A stretch of DNA of 64,000 bases from IMG/VR virus record IMGVR_UViG_3300005546_000001, positions 66,978 to 130,977 of that record, one strand, 5' to 3'. This document shows, piece after piece, positions 1-9,682 of the stretch. The position numbers and the translations under genes were made by a program. The first letter of the stretch is position 1. Each line of letters opens with the position of its first letter. Source of the stretch: a virus (taxonomy: Duplodnaviria; Caudoviricetes). The notes under the pieces are model-generated. The model saw only the letters and a list, made by a program, of their open reading frames with translations, was not told the origin of the DNA and did not search any database.

Positions 1-153
1 TGCTTTTAAAATCAAAAGTGCCCACGGAATTGTTAACGGCGCTGTTATCCACCACCACGCCCAATCTATCTTCCCCGACAATTTCAGAACTCCCATTGCT
101 ACAACAAGAAGTTCCGGCAAATCAATTTTCCAAGTTAAAAGTTTAGTTATCAT
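1..153 (-). CDS. Small membrane protein, truncated by the window edge
   Basis: Own translation from ATG at 153: MITKLLTWKIDLPELLVVAMGVLKLSGKIDWAWWWITAPLTIPW. Hydrophobic, with an LKLxGxIDWxWWW pattern common in phage membrane proteins. Confidence 0.6.
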   Translation of the reverse strand, partial: MITKLLTWKIDLPELLVVAMGVLKLSGKIDWAWWWITAPLTIPWALLILKA

Positions 154-342
154 ACTATTTTAGTTCCCAAACATACCACCCTCTACCATTACAATACATA
201 CATTTCCTAGTTGGTGCAGCATCTATCTGAGTTTCTGTGCGAAGATGGTGATCAATTTTAACTTCTCCATTGCCATTGCAAACATGGCACTCTTTTGGTG
301 ATGGAATAAATCTTGGCGGTGGTGGCATATTATTATGCTACT

Positions 343-1344
343 TTATTTCTTTGATTCTGTCAATTCTAAAATCATCGGGAGAAGTTCTCGTTCCACTCTT
401 GATTGCCAAGTATGATTTTCGTGGACTTCCGCGCAGCCCATTGCTGCGATTACATCCCTATCTTCTTGATCCTCATAAAGATAAAAATCAATCTTCTCTA
501 TGAGTTGATCAATGGAATCCCAAACATCTAAATCATTTCCAACTTCCCAATCTTTTTCAATTCCATCATAATTGTGAGAAAGAACCATCGCCCGACATCC
601 AAGGGCGCGGAGTAGCCTGTCGCTCGAATAGCGTTCAAGATTATAGTGACTCAGATTCACGGCTATTTTAGTTGACCTGAGTGCTTCGGCCTCAACTGGT
701 TCTAAAAGTAACGGTGATGAACTCGGCCCAGACCAGCCATGCCCCGCTATCAAAAATCTAGAACCGTATCGCTCTGTCAGTCTAGCCACCATATCGCGCC
801 TGAATTGTGAGAGTGGAAAAGCATCCCCAAAGTTTGATCCCAAAAACAGGATTTCCGGCCAGTCTCCTCGCGGCCCATCTGGTCGATACAAAGTTTCATC
901 AAACCCAATGTCCATGTAAGAAGAATTAGCACCTTTTTCTTTCATGACAATTGGATCAGCTTCGTTGCTAAAAAGACTTAAATCCAGCACTCGGCCCAGT
1001 TGCCAATACCATTCAGGCAATGGCTGGCGTACATCCCCGCTCCACGCAATTGTTACCCCCGGCAGCGCGGCAGCGTCTTGCGGCGAGAGAACTGTTGGAT
1101 CTTGAAGCTGCATGAAAATTACATCCGGAGCGAACTCCGTTGCGGCTTTTAGAATCCCCGAAGAAGTGTTATCTCCGCGCTGTCTAGCCGCGCACCAATC
1201 GTATTCTAAATAATCTGTCGAAATAGAACGCAGAGCATTGCGCAGGGCGTGCTGGGGACTGTTTTCTACCACTAAACAGACATGAAGAATTTTCAATCTG
1301 GCATCTCCTCCATCCAAACTTTTCCACAATCTGTGCATTTGCAT
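343..1344 (-). CDS. Glycosyltransferase (CgeB / Glyco_trans_1_2-like, GT-B)
   Basis: PDVIFMQLQ, GFDETLYRP, ILFLGSN, KIAVNLSH..YSSDRLLRALGC, LIEKIDFYL, HTWQSR match the CgeB-type C-terminal domain. True start may be a few codons internal. Confidence 0.8.
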   Translation of the reverse strand: MQMHRLWKSLDGGDARLKILHVCLVVENSPQHALRNALRSISTDYLEYDWCAARQRGDNTSSGILKAATEFAPDVIFMQLQDPTVLSPQDAAALPGVTIAWSGDVRQPLPEWYWQLGRVLDLSLFSNEADPIVMKEKGANSSYMDIGFDETLYRPDGPRGDWPEILFLGSNFGDAFPLSQFRRDMVARLTERYGSRFLIAGHGWSGPSSSPLLLEPVEAEALRSTKIAVNLSHYNLERYSSDRLLRALGCRAMVLSHNYDGIEKDWEVGNDLDVWDSIDQLIEKIDFYLYEDQEDRDVIAAMGCAEVHENHTWQSRVERELLPMILELTESKK

Positions 1345-1895
1345 TTGTCACAGCATCCATCTGAACAAGTCCCGTAGACTTCGTAGTTATTATGTTCGCA
1401 CTTTATTTCTTTTAGTCTTTGGTTAATCAATGGAATCAAATCATCTGTTGTCATCTTATTCCCTTGTAACAGATAATTTCTGTAGAAAGAATTTTTTGTA
1501 ATTCGGCAATCCACATTAGCACAACTTCTCTACGATCTGGATTGCTCCATTCAAATTGTTCAAAATTTAAATATCTGGTTATTGCATTTGATAATTCGCG
1601 ACATCTTTGTCGTTTCCAAATTTGTTCTGGCATTATTCCTAGTGGTGGCTCATAATAATAGTTATTCATTTTAATTTTTAAAATTCATTCAAGAGTCCAG
1701 CATCTTCTAATGCTGACTCAAACGATTCGAGTACAGCCACTGCATTCCTCACCATGTCGAGCTGCGCTGAATTTGCTAAAAGGAATTCTGGCTTTATATA
1801 ACCGCCCTCTGTAATATCGTACCAAAAGCCATCTGAACCCCCTTGCGGTTCAGCATTCTCTTGAAACTTCCAATCAATTTTTTCAGGTCGTTTTT

Positions 1896-2588
1896 TCATT
1901 TTATCTCCAAATAAGTTGGTTCTAAAAGTAAGTATTCTCCAAGAACTTTATTGTTTTCGTCATAATTTCTAATATTGGAATTGTGTAGATGATAAGCTTT
2001 TATGCTTTTACTTGGATTTATGACATCATAGCCCGCTTCATTTAAAATAAAGCAAAGTCGATTATCGCATCCGGGAATTCCAGGACTAAAATAAGAATTG
2101 TCAACTGCTGCTTGCTTTATCGGCCCTTGAAAAATAAAAGCATCCTGTGAATCTATAGCCACCCAATGTGCTGAATTTCCATTTCCATCCACATCCCACC
2201 TACTCAGCGCCCAGCAAACGTTTGTCATGTCTTGCGTTTCCACAAGAAGGAGTGAGTCATCAAAATAAATATCTGAATTTTGAATACAATTTATATCGGT
2301 TGGGGATGTTCTTTCGTTGATAATTGTAAACAAATCTCTGAATGTTGGACGTTCAAATTGATATAGCACTACTAAATTTTTTGCAAATTTTGGAAGTTTT
2401 GTTTCTGCTCCTTCCACTAGAACTATAATTTCATCAAATAGTTTAGAATCAATATTTTTTTGAATACATATATCGTACTCATTCCTACGCTCTATATTTT
2501 TTTCATCGTAGTATGTGGTTATTGATCTGAACATGGATTTATAATCCTTCCTATCAAAGTTAGATGTGCCATTACTTTTTGTATCCAA
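1896..2588 (-). CDS. Glycosyltransferase-like (GT-A) protein
   Basis: NSDIYFD (DxD-like), ALSRWD, SQDAFIF, GIPGCDNR, HLH motifs; lies in the glycan cluster. Likely start is MFRSITTYY near 2534. Confidence 0.55.
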   Translation of the reverse strand: MDTKSNGTSNFDRKDYKSMFRSITTYYDEKNIERRNEYDICIQKNIDSKLFDEIIVLVEGAETKLPKFAKNLVVLYQFERPTFRDLFTIINERTSPTDINCIQNSDIYFDDSLLLVETQDMTNVCWALSRWDVDGNGNSAHWVAIDSQDAFIFQGPIKQAAVDNSYFSPGIPGCDNRLCFILNEAGYDVINPSKSIKAYHLHNSNIRNYDENNKVLGEYLLLEPTYLEIK

Positions 2589-3154
2589 CTAATAAACTCT
2601 TCTTCGGATTGAGTTCGTTTAGCATAGTTACAATTAGAACAACATGGGACACAATTATCTACTGAATACCCAAGAAACTTCATCAACTAGCGAATGAAGC
2701 CGCTCTTTGGTCACATCAAGTGCGTAACCATCGTTTACGAGCATTTTTAAAAGTCTATAAATTTCAAAATCCATATTTCCTCCTTACTTTATATGCTCCG
2801 CTATCATCTGAAGCGCGGATGATATTTTATTTAATCGCTCTCCTATAGCTATGAGCATAACTACTATGCAGAATAGCCAATAGCATATTGCTATATTATT
2901 TTTATTTTCTATATCTTTTTGAAGTTTATCCAATCTTTTACCGAATATTTCTTCGAAATGATATTTAAATTCATTAGCAGTCATTTTATCTCCACCAACT
3001 TCTCTATGAGCTCTTGTAGTTGAATTAAGATGATTAAAGCTATAAAGGACAGTAGCCAGTACACTAAATTCCGTTCTTTATCTGCCATAGAATGGCCCGT
3101 GGCGGCGTTTTAAAGCCCTTGGAGAGATTTTTATTTGAAAAAGGATGTAGGAGT

Positions 3155-3496
3155 TCACTTGCTTTCTGAAGACTCGGAAATAGGCTCTAAACGATAATCG
3201 TCTGATGCGTCGTATGGACAACTATTTAAGCCGATAAGCACAGAGCCTTTTGTGAGATGAAATTCGTGGTATATTCCAGGTGGAACCCTATGTAGCTCAC
3301 CAGGTTTCATTTCAGTTCCTACTCTAATAGGGTTTGCAGAGAAAAACACCGTACATTTTCCAGATGAGAGTATAAAAATTTCCTCTTTCAATTTGTGGTA
3401 GTGTTTTCCAATAACCGTATCTTCTTTAGCTACTATAAGTTTGGCTTCCGGATATGAAAATAAATCGCGCCTCGCGTCAGAATGAGTTGGCTCCAT
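3155..3496 (-). CDS. Cupin-fold protein (sugar isomerase/epimerase-like)
   Basis: GKHYHKLKEE and VPPGIYHEF cupin motifs; HSDARR N-terminus; adjacent to gmd. Confidence 0.7.
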   Translation of the reverse strand: MEPTHSDARRDLFSYPEAKLIVAKEDTVIGKHYHKLKEEIFILSSGKCTVFFSANPIRVGTEMKPGELHRVPPGIYHEFHLTKGSVLIGLNSCPYDASDDYRLEPISESSESK

Positions 3497-3665
3497 TATT
3501 TTAGTTCCTCTAATTTATTTATTAACTCAAGTTTTGCTTTTGGGAGTGTCACGTCTAATGGAAACTGATCCAATACAAGTTGAAACTCATCTTCAGTCAA
3601 ATCGACTTCTTGAAGAACGTATTTCATTCCGTATCTTTCTGGGACTTTTGTTATTCTATAGTAAC

Positions 3666-4625
3666 TCATTTAAGTTTTTCCATTTCTGCATCAACCATCA
3701 TTTTCACTAGTTCAGCAAACTTTACACGGGGTTCGAAGCCTAAAATTCTTTTGCTTTTGCTTGCATCTCCTAGCAACAAATCAACTTCCGCTGGCCGAGC
3801 CAATTCCTTGTCGTATTCCACATAATCTTCCCAATTTGGGAGTCCGGCATATTCAAATGCTAATTGCACAAATTCTTTTACCGAATGTGTTTCTCCAGTT
3901 GCTATTACAAAATCATCGGGAGTTGGGTGCTGTATTATCTTATAAATCCACTCAACATACTCAGGCGCATAACCCCAATCTCGTTTAGCATCTAGATTCC
4001 CTAGAACTAATTTAGTTCTGCGCCTAGCAGCGATTTCTGCCGCTGCGATGGCTACCTTTCTACTTAAGAAAGCTGGTCCTCGACGCGGCCCTTCGTGATT
4101 GAAGAGAATACCGCAGTATACTTTCATTCCATAAGCTTCCCGCCAAATTCTCGCAATATTATATGCAGTTACCTTCGATGCTCCATACGGAGAACGCGGA
4201 TAGAATGGTGTGTTTTCATTCTGCGGAGTTTCCTGAACCTTTCCAAACATTTCGCTCGAACACGCTTGATAGATTTTACAATCTATCTTCAGTATTCTCA
4301 CAATTTCCAAAATTCTTAGTAAACCATTTGCGTTGATATCCTGAGTGATCCCTGGATGATCATAAGAATCTCTAACCTGACTCATTGCCGCAAAATTATA
4401 AATTTCATCTGGTTGTGATTTTTCTATAGCTGCAAAAAGGCTGGTTGTGTCCTGCATGTCCGCAGTATGAAGCGTGATTTTATCAATTACGTTTGATAGA
4501 TTAGAAAGATTTGGTTGGGAGATTCTTCTGGCAATTCCGTGGACAGTGTAGTTTTTAGAAACTAAAAGATCGGCTGTGTGTGAGCCGTCCATTCCGGTTA
4601 TTCCAGTTATTAAAGCTTTTTTCAT
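3666..4625 (-). CDS. gmd: GDP-mannose 4,6-dehydratase
   Basis: KKALITGITGMDGS, PDEIYNFAAMS, SSEMFG, FYPRSPYGASK, GILFNHE, GNLDAKRDWGYA, DDFVIATGETHSV, RPAEVDLLLGD. Confidence 0.97.
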   Translation of the reverse strand: MKKALITGITGMDGSHTADLLVSKNYTVHGIARRISQPNLSNLSNVIDKITLHTADMQDTTSLFAAIEKSQPDEIYNFAAMSQVRDSYDHPGITQDINANGLLRILEIVRILKIDCKIYQACSSEMFGKVQETPQNENTPFYPRSPYGASKVTAYNIARIWREAYGMKVYCGILFNHEGPRRGPAFLSRKVAIAAAEIAARRRTKLVLGNLDAKRDWGYAPEYVEWIYKIIQHPTPDDFVIATGETHSVKEFVQLAFEYAGLPNWEDYVEYDKELARPAEVDLLLGDASKSKRILGFEPRVKFAELVKMMVDAEMEKLK

Positions 4626-4947
4626 AATTTATTCTCGGTTGCGGGAGTCCCGATTCTCCGACCCGCCCTTGTCCCATCTCCTGATTTGGAGCCCAGAGTT
4701 TCCTCCGGTTAGCCGAGGACCGTGCGATTTTATTTATCGTTCTTCTCTACACTAAACCGAGAAATTCAAAATCGGTGCGGATGTTTGCTAAAGAGGATCG
4801 CCCAGTACACCCGCACTAAAACTGGTTTTCATTGAAATTAGCGCAGCTCAGGTCGCTTGATGCTTCGTTTGTGTAGTCCAGGTCTGCATTTAGGCACTTG
4901 CTTTCTACAACCCCAACCGCATCACCCTCAATGACTGCGCTACTAAA

Positions 4948-5337
4948 TTAGTTGTCATCCGCATAAGGCTCTATGTTGAGAATGAGCCCCTCGCCCATAC
5001 TATTCTTTATGCTGTTACGTTTCTGAACAAAATTCCCATGCTCATAAAATATGCCGGCTTCGTACACGTTTTTGCTTGGTCGAATCTTTAGGCGAATTTG
5101 GCGATCTGCATCTGCGTGAAAAGAAAACGGCAGTGAATACTCCTGCTTGGCGATTTTGATTATGGCACCATTTGGCAACTTCATCCATCCGTCAACTACA
5201 ATTGGAAACTTTTCTACGCCTACTCCATGAATTTCAACCGTGTAGATTCGGCTCGGTTGTCGTTCCTGAGCCGTTCCGACAAAACATATCCCTAACATGA
5301 AAACCACTAAAACCAATACCTGAATAATACTTCTCAT
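4948..5337 (-). CDS. Exported hypothetical protein
   Basis: N-terminal hydrophobic signal peptide ending GTA|Q; RBS AGGAGGG upstream. Confidence 0.6.
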   Translation of the reverse strand: MRSIIQVLVLVVFMLGICFVGTAQERQPSRIYTVEIHGVGVEKFPIVVDGWMKLPNGAIIKIAKQEYSLPFSFHADADRQIRLKIRPSKNVYEAGIFYEHGNFVQKRNSIKNSMGEGLILNIEPYADDN

Positions 5338-5509
5338 TTGCCCTCCTATTAGTTTTCTTCTGCGTATTTTCTAAGCCAGCTTGCTGCCGCAGTAATTTCG
5401 TTATCCGTTATTGCGGTTCCAAATCCGTACAAGTAATTAGCTAGCCTTAAAACTTCGTCTTTGTCTTCTTTATTCATGTTTTGTTCCTAAAAAACTTGAT
5501 TTGGTGGCA

Positions 5510-6181
5510 TCAGAATCTGTAGAATACACCACCACCAACATTATAGCTTCTTACTGTGGTGGAAACCAGCCCGTTATCCAGAACAAGAAACCCTGCGCTG
5601 GCTACAGCCTTTGCTCCGAAGTGGGAATCGCCGAATCGATAAAAATACTCCCCAGTGAATCTTGCACCAGAAGCATCAGGATCGCTACCAAACGCCCTTG
5701 TCAGAGCTTCAGCCCGAAATATAAACTGATCTCGAACATTCAATCCCACACCAACAGTCGGTGTAAATACTCGGTCGTTTGCGCGAGGATTAAAATGAGT
5801 CTTCAGTTCTCCACCAACAAGAACTGTCGGTCGAAATGTTCCAGTCCCAAAGTTCTTTGTTAGAAAGAGAGAATCTGTTACTACATTCCCATCTCCATTT
5901 GCAGAAGGAAGTGCTTCAAGGACTGCAAATCTATTTGACAGAACGAATCCCTTGGAGAAATTGTAATCTCCGTCAATTCCAATCTGCCAGTTTGTCCGCG
6001 CAAAGTTCTGATCTACGTTTGCGGACGCTACGACAGCGACATTATTCTCCTGCGCTTGTGCGGCGCCGACAAACAACATGACTGTAAGTACAGCAAACAA
6101 AATCTTTGTAAACAATTTATTCAATAGTTTTTCTCCTGTGTTAAATTTCAAACCCTTAATTATGCTCCAAGTTTTTCCCAA
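5510..6181 (-). CDS. Outer-membrane beta-barrel-type protein
   Basis: Signal peptide (LFTKILFAVLTVMLFVGAAQA|Q), alternating amphipathic strands, C-terminal GGGVFYRF with terminal Phe. Likely start is TTG near 6124. Confidence 0.65.
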   Translation of the reverse strand: MGKTWSIIKGLKFNTGEKLLNKLFTKILFAVLTVMLFVGAAQAQENNVAVVASANVDQNFARTNWQIGIDGDYNFSKGFVLSNRFAVLEALPSANGDGNVVTDSLFLTKNFGTGTFRPTVLVGGELKTHFNPRANDRVFTPTVGVGLNVRDQFIFRAEALTRAFGSDPDASGARFTGEYFYRFGDSHFGAKAVASAGFLVLDNGLVSTTVRSYNVGGGVFYRF

Positions 6182-6418
6182 TCCTATTCAATGAGATTCT
6201 GGCAAACATGCTCAAAACAAATTTCAGTTATTTCATCATCGGTTACGTCGTCATGAAATTCAATTTCATCGGTTACTTTTGAGCCAACTATATTAGTTTT
6301 TGCTGTAATTTTTACTTTCATATTTTTAATAGGCTCAAGCCGGGGGCGAGGTGAACTCCCCCGGCGAGCCATTGGGCAAGCTTGAAAGGAGGTAAAAGCT
6401 TCTTGCCCAATCCTTTTT

Positions 6419-6447
6419 ATTCTAAACTATTTTATTGTCTGTGTCAA
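6419..6447 (-). promoter_or_regulatory. Sigma70-type promoter
   Basis: TTGACA (6447-6442), 17 nt, TAGAAT (6424-6419). The spacer contains a one-mismatch copy of the dispersed ACTAAAATAGT motif. Confidence 0.8.
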
Positions 6448-6449
6448 GT

Positions 6450-6989
6450 TTAATAAAATCCCTTTAAAGCTTCTTGAGCAGCAGCTTTTGCAACTCGATA
6501 CATTGTTCTTCTATCACCGTCGCGTACTTTAAATTCGAAATCAAAATTATCTTCATTATCAAGAGCTATTTCTGACGGATGATTTGGGTCGCGATCATCA
6601 GCTACCCACTGTGAACCATCCGCGTTTAAACGCGATATTTTTATTGCCATTCCATTTTCTTTACAAAACTGAAATTCGTTTGGGAATCTCATGTCAGCTA
6701 TCAGCGCAATATCTGGGGATTCTTCTTCTATTTGATATTTAAGACAATCTACCCAAACATTCTCATTAATACTTCGCATGATATCTGTACCAACTAATTG
6801 TAGAATTCTCGGATCTTTATCTTTCATCCACCCAATTGCACGGCAGAATGATTTTAAAGCTGTTGCAAACGAGTAAATTTCAACTACGACTCCTAGTTCT
6901 GCTTCTTGTATATTTTCCCGTATAGTCCGAGCGAGAAGATTCTTCCCCTGTCGCGCCTTATACCCAATTCCAACTATTTTAGTTTTCAT
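6450..6989 (-). CDS. Deoxynucleoside monophosphate kinase
   Basis: KIVGIGYKARQGK P-loop, SFATALK, RILQLVGTD, IADMRFPNE, HPSE. Confidence 0.85.
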   Translation of the reverse strand: MKTKIVGIGYKARQGKNLLARTIRENIQEAELGVVVEIYSFATALKSFCRAIGWMKDKDPRILQLVGTDIMRSINENVWVDCLKYQIEEESPDIALIADMRFPNEFQFCKENGMAIKISRLNADGSQWVADDRDPNHPSEIALDNEDNFDFEFKVRDGDRRTMYRVAKAAAQEALKGFY

Positions 6990-7579
6990 ATAATTTGTAA
7001 AATATCACTCCATCCAAAAACCCTTGTTATATTGTGATTCAATTCAACATCCTGATTCCAAGGCTGATTAAACAAAAGAAGTTCCTTGTTTGGATAATCC
7101 AGGATTTCTTTAGCTAACTGCGGACTGTCATCTACATACAAATCGTAATCCAGTTCTAATTTAGAGTGTCTTCCAAACGCATCTAGGGCGATGTAAGTAT
7201 CGTATGGAAACCTGTGGTATTGCAGCCAGTTTATTGAGTCCCCAACTGTGTTACGATTTCTTGTTGAAACTATGTCCACCCTATCAGTTGGCATGTTATA
7301 TTTTTCTTTTAGATATTTTACTCCATCTACGGAATCATGGATGACTGGCATCTTTCTCCAAATCAACCATGCTAAATCGAAGTAGCGCCACATAAGATGC
7401 TTGGCTGCTTCAATCCCAAACTTTTCTTCTACAACTTGAAAGATACTGAAGTACTTATAAGCATCCCAAGACTCCCAATCTTCTGTAGAATAATTAGTTC
7501 CAAAGTCTGTGTTAAGTTCTCGCAAAAAAGCATCTTGTAATCCCGCAAGAACTCCATCCAAATCAACTGCAATACGCAT
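6986..7579 (-). CDS. 5'(3')-deoxyribonucleotidase, HAD superfamily (NT5C-like)
   Basis: IAVDLDGVLA, YVDDSP, LFNQPWNQ, RVFGW. Confidence 0.85.
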   Translation of the reverse strand: MRIAVDLDGVLAGLQDAFLRELNTDFGTNYSTEDWESWDAYKYFSIFQVVEEKFGIEAAKHLMWRYFDLAWLIWRKMPVIHDSVDGVKYLKEKYNMPTDRVDIVSTRNRNTVGDSINWLQYHRFPYDTYIALDAFGRHSKLELDYDLYVDDSPQLAKEILDYPNKELLLFNQPWNQDVELNHNITRVFGWSDILQII

Positions 7580-7832
7580 TTAAATCCTTTCCAGTAAACG
7601 CCAACCACCACAAAAATCTGAACAGTCATCACACAACCATGTAGACCCACATTCACAGTAAAAAACATGAACACTTTCCGGTGGCAAAAAAATTCCACAG
7701 TGGCAGATTTTCATAGCTTTTTATCTGGAACACACTTTCCCGGTCCATGTCCACTTCCTTGAATATTACAAGGCTTGCCACAATAAGCACAAGTATATGA
7801 TTGGATTTGTTCGTTAGGTAAAATTTCACTCA

Positions 7833-8039
7833 TTATAGATTCTCATCCTCTTCTATTAATTTTCTAATATCTCTGAGTTGTGTATACACCCCTTGAGAGC
7901 GTCCATTTACTTTGTCCAGTGCGCGAAGGCAGCGTTCGGTGGCAGCTTTCCAAACTTTGTGATATTTTGGCGGCTGTTCTTTTGCTTCAAGAACAGTGCC
8001 ATACCATCGTTCAAACCCGGCAATTAATTTAATTGTCAT
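7833..8039 (-). CDS. Hypothetical protein (tandem paralog A)
   Basis: Shares W.AATER.LRA and the C-terminus IEEDENL with 8036-8254. Confidence 0.6.
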   Translation of the reverse strand: MTIKLIAGFERWYGTVLEAKEQPPKYHKVWKAATERCLRALDKVNGRSQGVYTQLRDIRKLIEEDENL

Positions 8040-8254
8040 AGATTCTCATCTTCCTCAATTAAACGGCGGACTTCCTTACATGCATCTTGCCATCTATGAT
8101 TATGAATATCAATTTTTGCAGTTTTCTCCACCGCCCTTAATGCTCGTTCAGTTGCCGCTCGCCATGCTTCTTCGGAGTTAGGCGACCAATCGTTCTCTTC
8201 GCAATAATCATTAAAAAATTTATCGTATCCTTTCAATATATACACTCCTTCCAA
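8036..8254 (-). CDS. Hypothetical protein (tandem paralog B)
   Basis: Paralog of 7833-8039; 4-bp start/stop overlap. Confidence 0.6.
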   Translation of the reverse strand: MEGVYILKGYDKFFNDYCEENDWSPNSEEAWRAATERALRAVEKTAKIDIHNHRWQDACKEVRRLIEEDENL

Positions 8255-8955
8255 ATAATCGGATCTTCGTTCATAGTTTCCAGCCAGTATTCCCTACCAA
8301 GCGCAAGGTGTTTTCCAGTCTCACTCCCCAATGCCCTCGGGATATTTTCGTAGTACTGTCTCGGTTTTATAAGTCCTGCCGCCGCCTTCACATCCAAACT
8401 ATCCATACAGAGTTTTGCTGCCGATGCCCTGCGCTGCATGTCCAAGTCTTCTCCGCCGAACAAACCAAAGTTTACATCAAATCCGCCCAAAACTTCAACT
8501 GCTTTTCTAGTCATGACTGTAAAACAACCATCCCCGGTCCTTCTTCGGACTAAAGAAACTCCGTTCCTTATGAACTCTGCTGATGGCTTGTAAGGACTAA
8601 GTTTATCTGTATATGAAAAGAAATCATAGCCTGTTTTCTCTATTGCGTCAAGATATATTTGAAAGACTTTTGGATCGACTAGCAAATCATCGTTAAGGAT
8701 AAAAAGAACGTCAAGATTTTTTCTTTCTTTGAAATATTTTATGGCGCGGTTGGAATTTCTAGCTACTCCACCATGTTCATTTGCAATAATCAAATTATTT
8801 CTAGACACAGAAAAATTTATATCTTTAAGAGAATAGTCATCAAACACTACTATTTTAATTGCCCCTCCTGCTAAAGAATCCAGCAATCCTTTTAGCAATT
8901 CTGGGCGTCTATAATGTAAAATCGCTATTAACGGGTTCAACCCCATATCAACCAT
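8233..8955 (-). CDS. Glycosyltransferase family 2
   Basis: AILHYRRP, VVFDDYS, GVARNSN, ILNDD, LGGFDVNFGLFGGEDLD. Confidence 0.85.
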   Translation of the reverse strand: MVDMGLNPLIAILHYRRPELLKGLLDSLAGGAIKIVVFDDYSLKDINFSVSRNNLIIANEHGGVARNSNRAIKYFKERKNLDVLFILNDDLLVDPKVFQIYLDAIEKTGYDFFSYTDKLSPYKPSAEFIRNGVSLVRRRTGDGCFTVMTRKAVEVLGGFDVNFGLFGGEDLDMQRRASAAKLCMDSLDVKAAAGLIKPRQYYENIPRALGSETGKHLALGREYWLETMNEDPIIWKECIY

Positions 8956-9028
8956 CCAATTACAAGGACTTTAAGAATACAAATTTCCACTAGATTTTCT
9001 TTGCACATCTGGGAAAATTTATTCCACA

Positions 9029-9682
9029 TTAGTCGATCCTCAACAATGCTTCCAGTTCTTGAATTCCTTCTTGAGTTATATTTGGATCGCTGGCAAGTTC
9101 TACAAGTCGTTCTCGGTATTCATTTGGGCGCCGTTCCCAGTCCCCAAAGAGTTTGAGCATCTCTACCAAAGGAAATTTATAACCCTTCGCTTGGTACTTC
9201 GCCGCTCTAAACATCGTACTCACAGGACAGTGAATATGTTGAATTCTCAGACGTTTTTCTTTTTCATCAGTCTCAAATTGAGGATCAACTAAAACTTCGT
9301 TTCCGACAATCCCAGCACGAGCGACTGAGAAATCGAATTCTTCTATTACAGCATCCAATGTACCACAGAACTGCCGTATTAAATTAAAACGGTTAGTTTG
9401 ATTTTCTGAATTCTTCGTAATAAACAAGTATGACATTGGAGTTTCGGATTTCAATTCCGCGATGCCCCTCAACTTCAAGTACATCGCAGTCACTGCATCT
9501 TGATCCGTTGCGAAAATATCCACATCTGAATAGTGTGCCGGAGATTCATTCGTTGATGCCGCAAATCGCGCCGCTCCACCGGCTATAAAACAGCCACCAA
9601 CAAGCAAACTCTGGAATTCTTGGAATCTCGCTAGTTCATTTACAATTGGAAGTTTTACAAAGTTCATTCCTTCACCCCACAC
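9029..9682 (-). CDS. Nucleotidyltransferase-fold protein (poly(A) polymerase/CCA head-like)
   Basis: FIAGGAAR, DVDIF, EEFDFSV, FRAAKYQAKGY. Confidence 0.65.
   Translation of the reverse strand: MWGEGMNFVKLPIVNELARFQEFQSLLVGGCFIAGGAARFAASTNESPAHYSDVDIFATDQDAVTAMYLKLRGIAELKSETPMSYLFITKNSENQTNRFNLIRQFCGTLDAVIEEFDFSVARAGIVGNEVLVDPQFETDEKEKRLRIQHIHCPVSTMFRAAKYQAKGYKFPLVEMLKLFGDWERRPNEYRERLVELASDPNITQEGIQELEALLRID

Noticed and set aside
4690-4712. RNase P RNA, from GAGGAAACTCTGGGCTCC resembling GAGGAAAGTCCGGGCTCC
   Set aside because: No matching 3' P4 strand (ACAGAA..CGGCTTA type) was found and only about 65 nt remain before gmd.
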